This document shows positions 59,791-64,000 of a stretch of 64,000 bases of DNA, piece after piece. The notes beneath the pieces are model-generated. The model saw only the letters and a list, made by a program, of their open reading frames with translations, made no database searches and had not been told where the DNA came from. Both the position numbers and the translations under genes were made by a program. This DNA is from Eledone cirrhosa (lineage: Eukaryota). Every line of letters starts with the position of its first letter. Positions within the stretch are counted from its first letter, which is position 1. The stretch spans positions 5,642,001-5,706,000 of the forward strand of contig OZ024750.1 of the NCBI GenBank assembly GCA_964016885.1, in the 5' to 3' direction.

Positions 59791-61326
59791 TAAATGCTAT
59801 TGCTTTATATAGATAATCTAACTTGTAGTATGAGTTTCTTTTTATAGTATGATTATTTGGGGGGTAATATGAAAATAATGTTTTAAGCGAAGGTTGTACA
59901 GCGCCTACGTCTATGTTATATATCTGTGTTTACAAGACGGTTAAGTCGAACGGAAGAAAGTATGCTCAGACTAGAGAGCTAGCTCAAACGATGGCAATAA
60001 AGTGGGCTCCACTAACGACACCCAACAGATAGACAGCAATTTTAAACTGGGTAACAGGGGAAGTCCTGCCCCAGAAATAGTTACTATCTACGTTGTGCCA
60101 CTCACAATGTTTTGGTCGACCTACGACTTTTGTCAAAGACATTTGCTGGAGTAACATACAGTGGAAATGAATCTGAAATAATGTGTTTTACATTTAGATT
60201 TTATTTAGATTTCCCATTAATTGGGAATTCAGTAATCGCAATAGATGAGATATTATGACAGATCATTGCGAAAAATACGATTGGATGAAAAGTTTGGGTT
60301 ACTATGACATTTAATCGGGTATTATTGCTGGATAAAGCGCGCATGGTATGTTTAATTTATATAACCAACTAAGTCGTAATTGATTGAAATATTGCCTAAC
60401 AAGTCTATGAGAATTCTACTTCTTGTTGACAAGTATATGATCACTACAATGATGACTCAACAGCAAACGGGTATACCATATGTTTGCATATTTTGTTTAA
60501 CTTTTAGAAATTCTCGTTTGTAAAATTTGAATTCATTTGAAAATGATTAAAACGGTTCTAACTGATAAATTGAAAAACCATTTACTTAACACTAATCATT
60601 GTATGTGTGGATCAGGAAGAAAATAAATTGAGAAACAATGAATAGGAATTACAGCAAGGATAATAAAGAATATTTGAGACAAACGAAAACATGAATGCAA
60701 GGATCAAGGTGGGAAGGAAATATTTAATTAATTATTATCTTGTGTAATTTGAGGAAATGTACATACCATTGTCTTAGTATTGATGTAATGCTATTGTTCT
60801 AATAACAGTCAACAAGAAATATTGATTAAATATGAGAATCACAGAGATATTTCATATTTTATAGCAACAGAAGTCAACTAATGGTGATAAAAAATCTAAT
60901 TACATCAAAAGAAAAATACGACATTGATGAAAGTAGTCATATTTTATATACTAAAACAATGCAAATCATTAAAAAAAGCTGATCAAATTTGCTTTTCTGT
61001 TGTTGATATTTACATTAGTCGAAAAAACATGTCTGTCTTATTATATTGCATAAAATAGTATGTTGAAACACCAATACTATTGAGTTGCAACGAAAGCAGT
61101 GGATTCTGATAAACAGATAGGTGACGGTTATTATAAAAAGTGAAGAGTTTTGATGCTTTGTGGATACAATCTATATTTTCTATGTTTTGTAATATGTTAA
61201 AGAAATGTGTAGATAAGTTCTGAAATGCTTAATAGTTAGAACATAGAACTAAAACATATTTCAAACAATATTTCACTTACTTGAGGAGGGGGTTTCTTCT
61301 CTGAAGAACTTCTGCTATCCAGTTCC

Positions 61327-61467
61327 CCTGAAAGTTTCTTACTACCAAAGAGCTTACCAGTTCGAACGTGGAACTAAAATAAATTTCAAACAATATTTCA
61401 TTTGAAATTTGTTTCAGTTCCACGTTTCAACCAACTAATAAGCTCTTCAGTAGTAAGAAACTTTCAC
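61327..61467. repeat. Diverged ~140-bp fold-back with HHR-like ctgaagag...gaaac on the minus arm
   Basis: gaaagtttcttactac...gtagtaagaaactttc; related fragments at ~61220 and ~61510. Confidence 0.65.
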
Positions 61468-62256
61468 TTGTTTTCTGTGGTCCAGCTCGCCTGAGAGTCT
61501 GAGAGTTAGTAATGAAGTGCTGACCAGTTAGAACGTGCGACTAAAACAAAATTTAAAGAAATACTGTTGCTTTTAAAAAAATTAATTTACAGGTGTTAAA
61601 ACATCCACCTAAAATATTTACCTACCAAGGGGGCATTAAGTTTGATGCTGGAATAATGTTCACACTTGGAGGAAGCTGTATGTCACTAGTCATAATAATG
61701 AAATGGTTTCTGCACGACAAAGGTTAAACGATTGTGTATAGTTTGTTAATAACTTTCAGTGTTACAATGGAAATGAAATTTACGAAGCTGCTATTATTGA
61801 ACAGATTGTAGCAAAACCCACACAAATGGAAATAACTTTTGTTTTCTGAACAAATAACAGACGAGAATGCTAAGAAAAGTCATTGTTAAATTAGAATGCT
61901 ATTTTCTGAAAGTAGGTAATGAATGCAGACTTGTATTTGCAATATATATTTGCATTGATATAACTGGCAATGAAGAAAAGTGTGATAGGTTAGATAAGTC
62001 ATGATTAAAATATTTCTATGTGAAATGCTAAGAAATAAAAAATTTGCCGGATCAATAAATGAGTTACATTTAAATTGTTTTCAGAATAAATATCATTTGA
62101 ATCATTTGCTACAGAAATCATTAGTTTTTAGAATTAATTATGTTCTTAATCTATAAAAATTGGTTTATGATTTATATTATTTATTTTGAAACTCTGTATG
62201 AAGATATTGCATCATTGGGTCAAAATGGGTTTGGATTTCTGTGAACGAATGAACAA

Positions 62257-62430
62257 TAATTGTTTCTACTTTTGGTACAAGGTCAGCAATTACCCAGTGC
62301 ATTACTGGTGCTTTATTTTATCGGATGAAAGGCAAAGTTAACCTCTGCGGGATTTTTACTTAGCACACAAAGGGCCATAACTCTATGTTGCAAAGCATGG
62401 TGTCCGACCCTCTACGGATACTGCCATTCT
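62257..62430 (-). mobile_element. SINE family 1
   Basis: Reverse family match. Confidence 0.85.
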
Positions 62431-62749
62431 AGCACGAATGAACAAAAATACAATGTAGTTTGTATTGTAAATATTTCTTTTGTAGATTATAAAAGTAATC
62501 TCCGTGTTTCGTCTTTTATTTTCATTGAAACTTCTATTGTTATAGCCAGTGTTTATGTCTTTAAATCATAGTTCGGTGATATCCAGCCTCTCCCACGATC
62601 CTTTATGTCACTGCTAAGCATGTGATAAATGTACAACTAGTATGACCATGCTGATTCTGAAGATGGAACCGTGAAGGGTTCGAAACACATACGTTTACCA
62701 ACGCTACTGTACCAAACTAAGTATAACCTAAGTATAATGGTTTAATAAG

Positions 62750-62990
62750 GAACAGTCTCATCGTGACATTAACGGGTGAGCATTCTATGGACAAGTGTAC
62801 CCTTAACGGAATTTTCGGGGAGATTCAACGTAACACAGTGTGTGACAAGGCCGGCCCTTCGAATTACAAGTACGGGTCATCTGACGGGCTTCCAAACAGT
62901 TTCCGTCTACCCAATTTCACTGACATGGTAAATAAAACTTGGCTAAGATGTCACGCAGTGAAATCGATCCCTGGATATAATGATTGAGAG
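62750..62990 (-). mobile_element. SINE family 2-related fragment
   Basis: gagcattctatggacaagtgtacccttaacg...ggggagattcaacgtaacacagtgtgtgacaagg; aaacagtttccgtctac shared with ~18630. Confidence 0.6.
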
Positions 62991-63340
62991 GTTAACTACT
63001 GAAGTACTCAGCTATGCTGTGCCCGTCGAGTGTGTAGAACATAAAAACCGATTCTTCTGCATCAGATACAGTATTCCTAGATTTATGATTGAATGGTATA
63101 TATATTTTTTTGTCAAATCGGACCGAGGAAACAATGTTTCCGTTGGTCTTTCAAATTTCTAATACTATCTATCGGTCGCAACTCCAGGTAGAAGGATCAA
63201 CGTGAAATAAAGTGTGTTACTCGGGGTCATAAGGCATCGTCCGGTCCAGGAATCGAACTGACAACCTCACGATTGCGAATCCACACGCCTTCACAAGGCT
63301 ATATATAGCTATCGGTAATTATGTCGAACATATGTAAAGG

Positions 63341-63530
63341 GTGGTGGATTGGCAGTATCGGTAGAGGATCGGACGCCATGCTTTGACGCATAGAGTTACG
63401 GCCCTTGCCATTTTGAGTTCAAATCTCGCCGAGGTTAACTTTGCCTTTCATCCTTACGGGGTCGATAAAATAAAGTACCAGTAATGTACTGGGGTAATTG
63501 CTGGCCTTGTGCCAAAAGTAGAAACAATTA
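63341..63530 (+). mobile_element. SINE family 1, full length
   Basis: Family match. Confidence 0.9.
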
Positions 63531-63691
63531 TGTCAAACATATGTACTTTTCGTTGGCCTCCCAACAACTTTGACCGAAACCACTGCTTGCTTGTTGATCT
63601 ATCTCTTCATCAACTCATCTATCTCCCACTGTATCATATACAAAGAGCGTGAGAGAAGGAAAAAGTGAGCACTCTCATACCCTTATATATT

Positions 63692-63738
<47 letters not shown>

Positions 63739-64000
63739 GCTGCCAACTCGTTTTCGAGTACGGCCACTACTTTATATCCATGTAGGGGAACCCCTACTGA
63801 TGCGCTGAACGAGTGTGACTTTTTAGTCCAGCCAGTGACTTGAAAAGTCTGGTACAAACACTACACTTGTGACAATTATTGACACATAGTGCTGGGCCCA
63901 TGGTACCATGTGACGACAAGTGCAGAGAGATCTCCAGATATAAAGCAATGCCTGTGCCGTGAAGCTTTTATAGTGAGCAAAGGCACTGCACAAAGCAAGT

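Noticed and set aside
60540-62250. Decayed transposon ORF in AT-rich sequence
   Set aside because: No recognisable motif by eye
62657-62700. Hammerhead (ctgaagatggaacc...gggttcgaaac)
   Set aside because: Core-like but no convincing stem I; at best a decayed remnant

Overview
Very AT-rich, microsatellite-saturated eukaryotic non-coding DNA. The SINE content resembles octopod (Octopus-like) genomes; this is an inference from recalled SINE motifs, not a search. No intact protein-coding gene is recognisable, and almost all long ORFs in the track are artefacts of (TA)n/(CA)n/(GTT)n arrays. Real content: about 20 copies of one tRNA-derived SINE, a second CORE-like SINE family, two RTE-clade LINE fragments, an R4/Dong-like endonuclease relic, Penelope-like element (PLE) RT and GIY-YIG relics, a hAT (Charlie/Buster-type) transposase relic, two non-autonomous Helitrons, a pogo/Tigger-like MITE, and mini/microsatellites. 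The most striking signal is about a dozen type I hammerhead-ribozyme (HHR) motifs from several unrelated families. Alongside them are recurring short fold-back modules built as (TA)n - short inverted arm - fold point in or near an HHR - long arm with 50-80 nt tail - (TA)n, suggesting microsatellite-targeted, HHR-bearing non-autonomous PLE derivatives. All calls were made by eye, and repeat boundaries are approximate.
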